Below are positions 27,769 through 35,730 of a stretch of 64,000 bases of DNA, in pieces. The notes under the pieces were generated by a model. The model saw only the letters and a list, made by a program, of their open reading frames with translations, did not search any database and was not told the DNA's origin. A program made the position numbers and the translations under genes. The stretch spans positions 1,883-65,882 of the forward strand of contig JBEKLY010000001.1 in NCBI GenBank assembly GCA_050010015.1. Direction: 5' to 3'. Origin of the DNA: Terriglobia bacterium. GTDB taxonomy: Bacteria; Acidobacteriota; Terriglobia; UBA7540. The first letter of the stretch is position 1, and each line of letters begins with the position of its first letter.

Positions 27769-27840
27769 GCAAGAGAGCTTGAGAGATATTTCAAATCCGG
27801 CTCCGGTAAGGCTTTTGCGAACAAGCGCTTTTGGGAATAG
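27601..27840 (+). CDS. small GIY-YIG nuclease-domain protein (79 aa)
   Basis: YVYFLQLKNGDIYVGSTNDLKRRFSSH matches the GIY..YVG..R core of GIY-YIG/UPF0213-type proteins. Confidence 0.8.
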   Translation: MWYVYFLQLKNGDIYVGSTNDLKRRFSSHQLGQVLSTKRNLPVKLKSYVAVESEALARELERYFKSGSGKAFANKRFWE

Positions 27841-28288
27841 TCTGAGGTGGAGGAGAGGATATGAACGGAGTTCCTCCGGATTTGGAATGCGTAGCGCCAA
27901 TGAGTAGTCCGCGATCTCCGGGCATTACGACTCCGCTCATCGCAGAGCTTAGCTCTGCGCCAGCCGGCGGTATCCTGACACGGTCCACGATCAAACCCCA
28001 ACGTTTCTCTTGCTCCTCGGCGCTCATACCGGCGTACTCGTTGTAGCTCGACCATCGCCAATCTTCCGGGCGGCTGACCAGCCCGGCCCTGACCGGGTTA
28101 AGGTGGATGTACTCGACCTTCTCGTTGTATTCCTTGACGGTGCGCAGGGCGCGGTCGAAGAACCGGGGCTGCCACACCTGGTAGCGCGGACCGCCGCTTC
28201 TTTGGTCCGCGGCTTTTTCAAACGAAGAACCGCGGACCGCAAAAACGGCGGTCCGCGCTTTATTGTGGTAGACTAGGCGAAGCTGGGG
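27791..28288 (-). pseudogene. remnant of a REP-associated tyrosine transposase (RayT/IS200-like Y1), C-terminal half only
   Basis: WQPRFFDRALRTVKEYNEKVEYIHLNPVRAGLVSRPEDWRWSSY is the typical C-terminal signature. The frame is open to 28288 but has no HUH-containing N-terminal domain, and the upstream sequence is REP hairpins. Confidence 0.7.
28181..28259. repeat. REP pair with GCGGACCGC/GCGGTCCGC stems next to the RayT remnant
   Basis: GTAGCGCGGACCGCC...GGTCCGCGGC ... CCGCGGACCGCAAAAACGGCGGTCCGCGC. Near-identical to 31749-31836. Confidence 0.75.
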
Positions 28289-28347
28289 CTATTACACCGA
28301 GAACCGACATAGTGACGAATTCCGCCACACTCTCCAGGTGGTGAACT

Positions 28348-29178
28348 GTGAATGCCAAGACCGTAGTCAGCAATGTGCTCAACAAGATCCGGGTCAAGTG
28401 CTCAGCCTGGTTTGTCCGGCTGTCGGTTGGCTCCTGGCCCAGAGGGCTTTCGCCCGTTGCCGGCGCGTTCACATTTGGGGTGGCGATGACTTTCGTACAG
28501 GTCGAAGAATATGCCCTCGCTCTCCTCCTTCTCGTCTTCTGCCCAATAGTTTTGCCTCGGGATGACCGGCTGAACGCATACGTAAATCAGCGCGGGGCGG
28601 CTCACTGGTTCTTTGTGGCGTGGGTGGTGTGGGCGGCGGCGGCATCAGCATGGGTCAACGAAAGGAGAGGCGACAATAGTTGGTCAAATTTTTCTCCTCC
28701 TTCGAGTTATGGGAAGCTTGGCGGGGTGTCGTTGGAGCCTGATCCGGCGCCAACCGCGAGCCGGGAGGATGGATTGTTTGGCGTTCGTACCAAGGTTTTC
28801 TTGACTGAGCCACGCGTCGAGAACGCCCAACTCAGGGTCCGTGGCGGCGCGATGGAGGGCAATGTTGTTTGGGCGTTACGCCCTACGGGGAAAGAAACTC
28901 CAGTTGTTCCTCCTTTAACTCGCGTTGTGACTTTGCAGATAAGATCGGGTACGACGCCGGTCGTAACCTGCCTGAATCTGCAATTAAAAAACAAGAAAAT
29001 GCTTGGTTTGGCATTGCCGGGCTGGATTTGGCCAACAGACTATTGCGTAAGACAGGTTTTCCAGCCGCATATTGCGTATTCGGACATCGTTCCGGTCCTG
29101 GAATTTGATAAGGTCAGCGACGAATTGCTGAAGCGTGAAAAGAGTGAGGACTGCGCGTATGAAGCTAAAAATAAATAG
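28348..29178 (+). CDS. hypothetical membrane protein (276 aa, or 230 aa from ATG 28486)
   Basis: Two to three hydrophobic helices (YALALLLLVFCPIVL, WFFVAWVVWAAAASAWV), then a soluble domain. No motif recognised. Confidence 0.5.
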   Translation: MNAKTVVSNVLNKIRVKCSAWFVRLSVGSWPRGLSPVAGAFTFGVAMTFVQVEEYALALLLLVFCPIVLPRDDRLNAYVNQRGAAHWFFVAWVVWAAAASAWVNERRGDNSWSNFSPPSSYGKLGGVSLEPDPAPTASREDGLFGVRTKVFLTEPRVENAQLRVRGGAMEGNVVWALRPTGKETPVVPPLTRVVTLQIRSGTTPVVTCLNLQLKNKKMLGLALPGWIWPTDYCVRQVFQPHIAYSDIVPVLEFDKVSDELLKREKSEDCAYEAKNK

Positions 29179-30787
29179 GAGAGTTAAATTCCGGCTCTCA
29201 TGCTTCCTGTTGGGTGCCGGCTTGCTCCTCCTCTGTATTGTGCAGACGATTAATACGGCTAATGGACAAGTGCCTAAGGAACGGGAGGCTGCCTCCGGCT
29301 GCGAAAACGCCACGCTGTCGTTCAAAGGGGACACTGGGATTGTGACGATCTGTTCGGCCGCCTCGGCGGCTGCGCCCGCGGTCCTGCAACGCCTTTCGAC
29401 TCTGGCCAAACAAAGCGAAAAGTTAGACCAGATTGAAGACTTCGTCAAAGAGATCAACAAGGCGGGACACCTTCTGGACAAGCGCGTCAATGCTTTTGCA
29501 GAGAAGCTAAACATCGTTCTCGAGAATGAGCAAGGGCGTTCCGATGCCCAACTGATGAGGGACGTCGAAATGCTCACCATGCAGTTGCAGGATATCCGGG
29601 AACGAATCGACACAGAAAAACAGAATCCGGCGTCGGCGGCGAAAGTGCAAACAGCGATCGCCGGTCCAGTTGGCGATGCCATCGCCCAACTCGATCTCAC
29701 AAAGGCGCGCGATCTCCTGGAAGACATCCGGGTACAATTGCACGACATCAAGGGCGACACCAGCGCCATCCTGGGCACGCTTAAGGACCAAGAGGAACTC
29801 CGGAAAAAGGCGGACAATGATCCCAATCTGTTCGCGCGGGCCACGATGTATGGGAACAAAAACGCCTATACATTTGGTGGAAAATGGCGACTCATGTCAA
29901 CCATAGTTGTTTCCCACCCGTTTATCGATCCCACCTTGCGAATTGCTTTCAGGGGCAACGGCCGGGCCTGGGTAGTGAACGTGGTTGAGCGCATGAATGC
30001 ACCGACAGGTGGCGACTACTGGCAGTTCACCACGGAGGAGCTTGGCGACACGGCGGTCGCGTGTCTGGCGGGAAATGACACTACGGCAGGAACGCGGCGG
30101 CAGTGGACGCAGAAATTCGCTGTCCGACAAAGTGGGACTATGGCCACTTTCGCCTCGATCGGCGAGCCAACTCTGACCCCGGGGGAGACACCGCTCTGCG
30201 ACGGAGTAACCGAGGTGCGCGAGGCTGCCACCGACTTGCCCAGCGCCCTCGCGCCGGGTCAAAAAACTGCGGAGCAGAGGGCCCAGGAGATAATGGCCAA
30301 AAGTCAGCAGCAGATGAACGATATGCTGGCGCAGGCTGCAAAGAATCGGGAGACGGACCCAAGACTATTCGGTCGCATCTCGGTCTCTGCAACCAGGAAG
30401 GATAACTCAAACGGTGGTAACTGGCTGCTGGAAGTAACGACAGCCCCAGCCCGCATCGGGCAAACCTACTACGATGTCAACGTGCAGGTCGCCCTGAAGA
30501 GCGCCGAGAACAAGGTTCGGCCTGTACAGCTTTCGAACCGCGAAATATTCGTCAACATGGAGAGCCGCTACGCATGGGTCGATAATCTGGGAACTGAAGC
30601 GGTGGTGTGCTACACGGCCCGCGACCCTTCGCGGCCGGGGCCGATGCGCATGACGCAGTGGTTCACCGTGGAAACTCGCCGGGTAATGTGGACGGATCAG
30701 CAGCCCCCAACGCCGGGCGGAGCCGCAAGTTTTGTTCCCTCAAAGCCGGCGGCTTTGGCGCCCGCAAGCAACGCGGCCTGCCAGTAA
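29159..30787 (+). CDS. hypothetical secreted or membrane-anchored protein with coiled-coil regions and an internal domain duplication (542 aa)
   Basis: N-terminal hydrophobic segment FRLSCFLLGAGLLLLCIV. Two helical stretches, each followed by a related domain: DPNLFARA..GGKWRL..QWTQKFAV and DPRLFGRI..GGNWLL..TQWFTV. Confidence 0.6.
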   Translation: MKLKINRRVKFRLSCFLLGAGLLLLCIVQTINTANGQVPKEREAASGCENATLSFKGDTGIVTICSAASAAAPAVLQRLSTLAKQSEKLDQIEDFVKEINKAGHLLDKRVNAFAEKLNIVLENEQGRSDAQLMRDVEMLTMQLQDIRERIDTEKQNPASAAKVQTAIAGPVGDAIAQLDLTKARDLLEDIRVQLHDIKGDTSAILGTLKDQEELRKKADNDPNLFARATMYGNKNAYTFGGKWRLMSTIVVSHPFIDPTLRIAFRGNGRAWVVNVVERMNAPTGGDYWQFTTEELGDTAVACLAGNDTTAGTRRQWTQKFAVRQSGTMATFASIGEPTLTPGETPLCDGVTEVREAATDLPSALAPGQKTAEQRAQEIMAKSQQQMNDMLAQAAKNRETDPRLFGRISVSATRKDNSNGGNWLLEVTTAPARIGQTYYDVNVQVALKSAENKVRPVQLSNREIFVNMESRYAWVDNLGTEAVVCYTARDPSRPGPMRMTQWFTVETRRVMWTDQQPPTPGGAASFVPSKPAALAPASNAACQ

Positions 30788-31037
30788 GCTGCCAATTCAG
30801 CCAGTTCACCAAGTTGAGATCGCCTTCGCCCCGGCGACTCCCAAGCCGGCTAGAGAGATAACCCCGGCGGCTGGCGCGAAGCTCTGCGGTCTTGATGCAT
30901 CGCAACGATTGGAACGTAGCGCTTCGCCCTGCGCGTGCCCCGCGCTTGGTCATGTTTGGTTGCGGCTCTGCCGCACTGCGTGACGTACGGGGCCAGCGAA
31001 GTCGCAGAGATTCTCGACAAGCGTGGAACTCCTTCTG

Positions 31038-31380
31038 TTAGCTGCGCGCGGGATGCAATGCCCGCTCGACACCTCGGGGATCGCGCGCGATGACGGTGAG
31101 GTAGGCTTTGGCCGGTTGGTCGGGCTCCGAGCGGCCCTGTTCCCAATCCCGCAGAGTTCCAAGAGGGATTTTGAAGCGTGCGGCAAATTCCTCCTGGGTC
31201 AGCACGAGGGCGCGGCGGGTAGTGTCTCAGTTTGAATTCGTAGCGGCGAGTTTACCTCGCCAAATGGCGGCGTAACGCCGCCTCTACTTCAAACTGAGAC
31301 ACTACCGCGCGGCAAAGTGTTTTGACACGCTGGCTGGCGCAGACCCCGAACCGAGGAGTCTGCGTCCGCCGAGGTGCCAT
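31038..31380 (-). pseudogene. XRE-family HTH antitoxin-like gene interrupted by a MITE-like element
   Basis: Downstream part reads LVLTQEEFAARFKIPLGTLRDWEQGRSEPDQPAKAYLTVIARDP. Upstream part reads MAPRRTQTPRFGVCASQRVKTLCRA. Removing 97 nt (element plus one GCGCGGC copy) joins them in frame. Confidence 0.65.
31219..31305. mobile_element. 87-bp palindromic MITE-like element with perfect 18-bp terminal inverted repeats
   Basis: GTAGTGTCTCAGTTTGAA ... TTCAAACTGAGACACTAC encloses two small hairpins. Flanked by direct GCGCGGC at 31210-31216 and 31307-31313. Confidence 0.75.
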
Positions 31381-31404
31381 CGGAGTGGTTAACTGCGTTA
31401 ATAC

Positions 31405-31433
31405 TTGACAAATCGTATGAAATAGGCTAGAAG
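31405..31433 (+). promoter_or_regulatory. candidate promoter pointing into the repeat array (TTGACA-17 nt-TAGAAG)
   Basis: Perfect -35 and 17-nt spacer, but a weak -10 lacking the final T. Confidence 0.25.
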
Positions 31434-31557
31434 TGTTATGTGAGGTTGGGCAGGGGGTTGAGCCCTGCCGGGTACGCTATGCCAGAAAGTCCTCTTTTGT
31501 TTTCGTCCGTAGTTCCTGCGTGTGGTTTCTGGCTCCAAGTACAGTCGAGAAGTCGAG

Positions 31558-32048
31558 GTAGCGCGGAGGTACGCGTTCTTCGCGTTCCTCCGCGGTTCTT
31601 CGCTTCCGCTTGCGCGATCCGGAATGCGCGTTCGGCCGAAAGGCCGCGGAGGAAGCCGGACTGCGGCTACCTCCGCGCTACGTGTTCCAGAATCGAGGGA
31701 ACAAAGCGAGAATGCCTATGAAAACAAAGGATAAGTACAAAACGTTTGGTAGCGCAGACCGCCGGTTCTGCGGTCTGCGGCTTTTCCATGATAGCTGGGA
31801 CGGGCCGCGGACCGCAAACACGGCGGTCCGCGCTACACCATAATCGAGGGAACAAAGCGAGAATGTCTATGAAAACAAACGAAGAGGTCAAAAAGTCGAG
31901 AAACCCCTCACCCGGCTCGCTACTCTCGCCACCCTCTCCCCCGCTGGAGAGGGGCCGTTGATGACGTTTGATTTCGGCGCACAAAAATTGGGGGAACAAA
32001 GCCAGAATGTTCATGAAAACAAAGGACAAGTACAAAATGTCCTCCTAG
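31558..32048 (+). repeat. array of three ~145-150-bp units, each a different palindromic REP followed by a conserved 54-nt module
   Basis: Modules at 31691-31744, 31842-31895 and 31986-32039: AATCGAGGGAACAAAGCGAGAATGyCTATGAAAACAAAGGAyAAGTACAAAAyG. Confidence 0.8.
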
Positions 32049-32293
32049 AGCGAGGTCCCGGCGAGGACTTCGAGCCCTTTCTCGAAGCCGTGGGCGTCGA
32101 AGGCTTCCTCGCGCTTGCGGTTGTCGAATGGGTCATTCGTCTAAAGCCAGCGGGTACCGGGCCATGCCTGACGATTCGCCCAGGCGCGAGGCGGAATCGG
32201 GTTTCGAGCAGCGGTGGTTTGCTTTTATGGTGTTCAATGTATTGTGCCAAAACTCCTTAGCCGGACAGGACCTCCCAAAGCATGATTGGAAGC

Positions 32294-32410
32294 ATGGCAT
32301 TAACCTCAGGGACCAAGCTCGGTCCCTATGAGATTAAGGATAAGCTGGGCGCGGGCGGGTGTAGGAGGCAGCCCAAGGATACCGCCTGGCCCACGGAAAC
32401 GAACCGGTAA
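32294..32410 (+). pseudogene. stub of a Ser/Thr protein kinase gene (first 22 codons only)
   Basis: MALTSGTKLGPYEIKDKLGAGG is the canonical start of Hanks-type kinases up to the Gly-rich loop. Homology ends after GG and a stop follows 16 codons later. Confidence 0.6.
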
Positions 32411-32592
32411 CTCTGGCGCCGCCGATTTCCAAAGCGTAGATGGCGATTCCCCGACGTCGCTGATTCGCCACAAGGGCGGCGCTTCATGGAACACACGACT
32501 GCCGTTGACGTCCGAGGCGAAGGTGGTCTATAACCCTAACGGCCTTTGGCAGTCGTCCGAACGACAGACACCGAGGCCTTTGCCGAACCAAG

Positions 32593-33795
32593 ATGGTCAT
32601 TGAAACCCTACGTCAACTGAAGGAGTTCTGCGAGAGTCTCGACGATTGCCGTGAGATCTGCGTTGACACAGAGTTCTTAGGTGAGGGTCGCTACTATCCC
32701 GAACTTGGGATTATTCAGGTAGCCGCGGATGGCCACGCAGTGCTCGTCGACCCGCACGCGATCACTGACCTATCGCCGCTTGTTCCCATCCTCACACGCG
32801 GTACAACCGAGAAGATTGTCCACGCCGGCCTCTCCGACCTGAGAATCCTATTCCGCTCGCTGGGACATGCGATCTCACCGGTCTTTGACACCCAGATTGC
32901 GGCAGCACTACTCGGCTACGGCGATCAGCTTTCCCTCAAGAACCTCGTTCACCAGGTCTTGGGTATACAGCTTGACAAACAGGAGCGGTACACTGATTGG
33001 TCTCGGCGGCCGCTCTCAACCGCCCAAGTTGATTACGCTTTGAATGACGTCCGCTGGTTGGGAGAATTGCGCGATAAGCTCACAGCTAGCCTCATAAGCC
33101 AATCTCGCCTGGATTGGGCAAAGGGCGAATTTCGGCTTCTTGAGGATGCACAGAGCGTGTGGGGAGACGACCCGGTGGAAGTCGCGTCCAAAACCCGTGG
33201 CGCGGGCCAACTGGACCGTGGGCAAATGGCTCGGCTCGTCGAGCTGATCTCTTGGCGCGACAAAGTTGCGGAGCAGCTCAATCTTCCGGTAGGCCGAGTG
33301 GCGCGTGACGAAGTGCTATTCGAGTTAGCCCGACGCCCAAGGAACTCGCTACGTCAGCTCGGCGAGATCCGCGGCTTCACTTACCGCCAGGTCGAGCAAT
33401 TTGGCGAGGATCTTGTCAAAGTCTTGCGGCGTTCGCCGAGCAGTGCGGACCAGGCTCGCGGAGAGGCGGCCTTGCTCGCCATCGCAGCGCGGACCCCTCC
33501 CACGCCGGACCTGGAACTGAAGGCGGACTTTCTGGAGCTCTGCTTGAATGTGGTGGCGCAGGAGAGTGCCGTCGCGAGGAGAATGCTGGCGACCCGCAAT
33601 GACCTCCTGGCCCTTGCAACCCGTGGTGATGAAGCGCCAGTGCAGCTGCTCCAGGGCTGGCGTCGCGGCCTTGCGGGCGACAAGTTGCTTGCGGCTCTGG
33701 CGGGTCGGGCGGAGGTGCGCGTCGATGCTGACACGCGCCGTGTAGTGGTCAACTGGCTGACTGGAACACAGGTAAGTCAAACGACCAAAGACTGA
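32593..33795 (+). CDS. rnd: ribonuclease D (DEDDy 3'-5' exonuclease plus HRDC)
   Basis: ICVDTEF, KIVHAGLSDL, YALNDVRWL exonuclease motifs and an HRDC-like middle domain. 400 aa. Confidence 0.8.
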   Translation: MVIETLRQLKEFCESLDDCREICVDTEFLGEGRYYPELGIIQVAADGHAVLVDPHAITDLSPLVPILTRGTTEKIVHAGLSDLRILFRSLGHAISPVFDTQIAAALLGYGDQLSLKNLVHQVLGIQLDKQERYTDWSRRPLSTAQVDYALNDVRWLGELRDKLTASLISQSRLDWAKGEFRLLEDAQSVWGDDPVEVASKTRGAGQLDRGQMARLVELISWRDKVAEQLNLPVGRVARDEVLFELARRPRNSLRQLGEIRGFTYRQVEQFGEDLVKVLRRSPSSADQARGEAALLAIAARTPPTPDLELKADFLELCLNVVAQESAVARRMLATRNDLLALATRGDEAPVQLLQGWRRGLAGDKLLAALAGRAEVRVDADTRRVVVNWLTGTQVSQTTKD

Positions 33796-34312
33796 GACTC
33801 CAGGAGAAACAAGACAGCTCCCAGGAACAGTAGCGGTAGTAACGGTTGTGAACCTTGAGCTAGGTTGAACTTGCGGGAGCGGAGCGTTTTTGTCGTTCCC
33901 TTTGGCTATCCAGCAACCGTCTTCAAGCAAGTCGACCGCGACCCACAGCCGAAGCCGCACAGTGAGGCAGGCTTCACTTCGAGAATGGGCTGGCTAGGGC
34001 GGCGCCTTTGAGCGGTTTTCGGCCACTCAACCGTAGCGTCCGCAACCGGCAGGAGAAAACCTGGGGAAACAAGCAGGGGAGATGGCGAGCTGTCCGAGAA
34101 ATCGGTTGGGAAACGGGTCAGGGTGCCGATTGACTCCATCTTGAAGGCGCACACCTGGCTGCCAGACGGCGCGCTTGCAACTGAGGCGTGAAATTGCGGC
34201 TGCGAATGAGCCGGTGGGTGTATACTGCCTGGGTTCAGGATGCCAAAATGGAAATCTCGGCTTACATTCGTGGGAGGGGCGGGATCCAATCCAGAGAGCT
34301 TCACGACAGACG

Positions 34313-34519
34313 ATGGACGTCAACGGCCAAGCAGGAGAAACGGCAGGGAATGTCTGGAAAGCGCTTTCGAGCGCCGGGCCGCAGACTCTGGCCCAACTGA
34401 AGAGGCTCAACGGATCCGTTGAGCTTGTGGGCTTCGGCCTGGGATGGCTGGCCCGCGAGGACAAAATCGAGATCATCCTGGAGAAGAAGAGCTTTCGCGT
34501 GCGGTTGAAGCAAGAGTGA
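34313..34519 (+). CDS. small winged-helix protein (DUF2582-like, 68 aa)
   Basis: AGNVWKALSSAGPQTLAQLKRLNGSVELVGFGLGWLAREDKIEI pattern. ATG at 34313 is preferred over the TTG at 34175. Confidence 0.55.
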   Translation: MDVNGQAGETAGNVWKALSSAGPQTLAQLKRLNGSVELVGFGLGWLAREDKIEIILEKKSFRVRLKQE

Positions 34520-34556
34520 ATGTCTCCCCGCCCCGCAACGGCTGCATCTCAAGAAC

Positions 34557-35543
34557 ATGCGAACCATAACCCTCGAAGAACATTTCGCAACTCCAGGTTT
34601 CCTCGACAGCCCCTGGGGGCGCGAACTCAAGGCGCGGGCCTCGAAATTCGGAGGGGCGGCCGCAAAGCTCTTGGAACGACTCTGCGACGTCGGCGAGGGG
34701 AGAATCGCCGAGATGGATGCCGCAGGGATTGATGCGCAGGTGCTTTCGCTCACCTCTCCTGGCACCGAACAGGCCGAAGCGGCCGATGCGGTGGCGCTCG
34801 CCCGTGAAGCAAACGACTTCCTCGCCGATGCCGTCAAGAAGAATCCGGCACGCCTCGCGGGATTTGCCGCGCTCCCAACGGCAGCGCCGGACAAGGCCGC
34901 CGAGGAATTGGAGCGGATGGTCCGCGAGCATGGCTTCAAGGGAGCGCTCATCAACGGCCACAGCCGGGGACGCTATCTCGACGACAAATTCTTCTGGCCG
35001 ATCCTCGAACGCGCCGAGGCGCTGAACGTCCCCATCTACCTCCACCCCACGCAGCCTCCCAGGCCGGTGATTGAAGCATCCTATGGCGGTTTCTCGCCGA
35101 TCGTCACCGAACTCCTCGCGGGGGCGGGCTGGGGCTGGCACATCGAGACCGCGATTCATGTCCTCCGGCTCATCCTCGGGGGCGCGTTCGACAGATATCC
35201 GAAGCTCCAGATTGTGATCGGCCACATGGGGGAGGCCTTGCCCTTCATGCTGCAGCGGCTTGACGTCATGCCAATGGCAATGACAAAGCTCAGCCGCCCC
35301 ATAAGCGCCTACCTCCGCGAGAACGTGCATTACACCTTCAGCGGCTTCAACTTCACGCCGACATTCCTGGATCTGATGCTCCAGGTCGGCGTCGAGCGGA
35401 TCATGTTCTCGGCCGACCACCCGTACGCATCGATGGCGGAGGCGCGGGGATTCCTGGACCGACTGCCTGTGAGCAGCGCCGACAGGCTGCGGATCGCGCA
35501 CGGAAACGCGGAACGTCTCTTCGGGTTCGGAGCAGCTGGCTAA
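34557..35543 (+). CDS. amidohydrolase-2 family protein (ACMSD-type metal-dependent hydrolase/decarboxylase)
   Basis: ITLEEHF N-terminus, MDAAGID.QVLS, FKGALINGH, and a C-terminal FSADHPY-type motif. Confidence 0.8.
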   Translation: MRTITLEEHFATPGFLDSPWGRELKARASKFGGAAAKLLERLCDVGEGRIAEMDAAGIDAQVLSLTSPGTEQAEAADAVALAREANDFLADAVKKNPARLAGFAALPTAAPDKAAEELERMVREHGFKGALINGHSRGRYLDDKFFWPILERAEALNVPIYLHPTQPPRPVIEASYGGFSPIVTELLAGAGWGWHIETAIHVLRLILGGAFDRYPKLQIVIGHMGEALPFMLQRLDVMPMAMTKLSRPISAYLRENVHYTFSGFNFTPTFLDLMLQVGVERIMFSADHPYASMAEARGFLDRLPVSSADRLRIAHGNAERLFGFGAAG

Positions 35544-35730
35544 GGGTGCCTAATCCCACTCGGCGGCAGTCTGGCCCTGGCTCCTTCCGCCGCCTTACAC
35601 CTTTACCTCCCCGTCCATTGCGGCCGCCACGAACCTGTTCGTGTTCACGCCTTTGAACTGGCCGACCTGGCGGCCGCTCCGCAGAGGCTTGTTGAGTAAC
35701 TGTCCGCAGCTTTTCCAACGGAGGTCTCGA

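Noticed and set aside
31558-32048. Possible CRISPR array
   Set aside because: The conserved modules are 54 nt and imperfect. The intervening segments are themselves members of palindromic repeat families rather than unique spacers. Spacing is irregular (151 and 144 nt), there are only three units, and no cas genes are present in the window.
32011-32250. 79-aa minus-strand ORF with AAGGAG plus TTG start. An adjacent out-of-frame tail reads NDPFDNRKREEAFDAHGFEKGLEVLAGTSL*
   Set aside because: It may be another decayed gene (two frames look protein-like), but I could not recognise a family and the ORF runs into the repeat module. Evidence is too weak to call.
34473-35501. 342-aa minus-strand ORF
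   Set aside because: Antisense shadow of the amidohydrolase gene.
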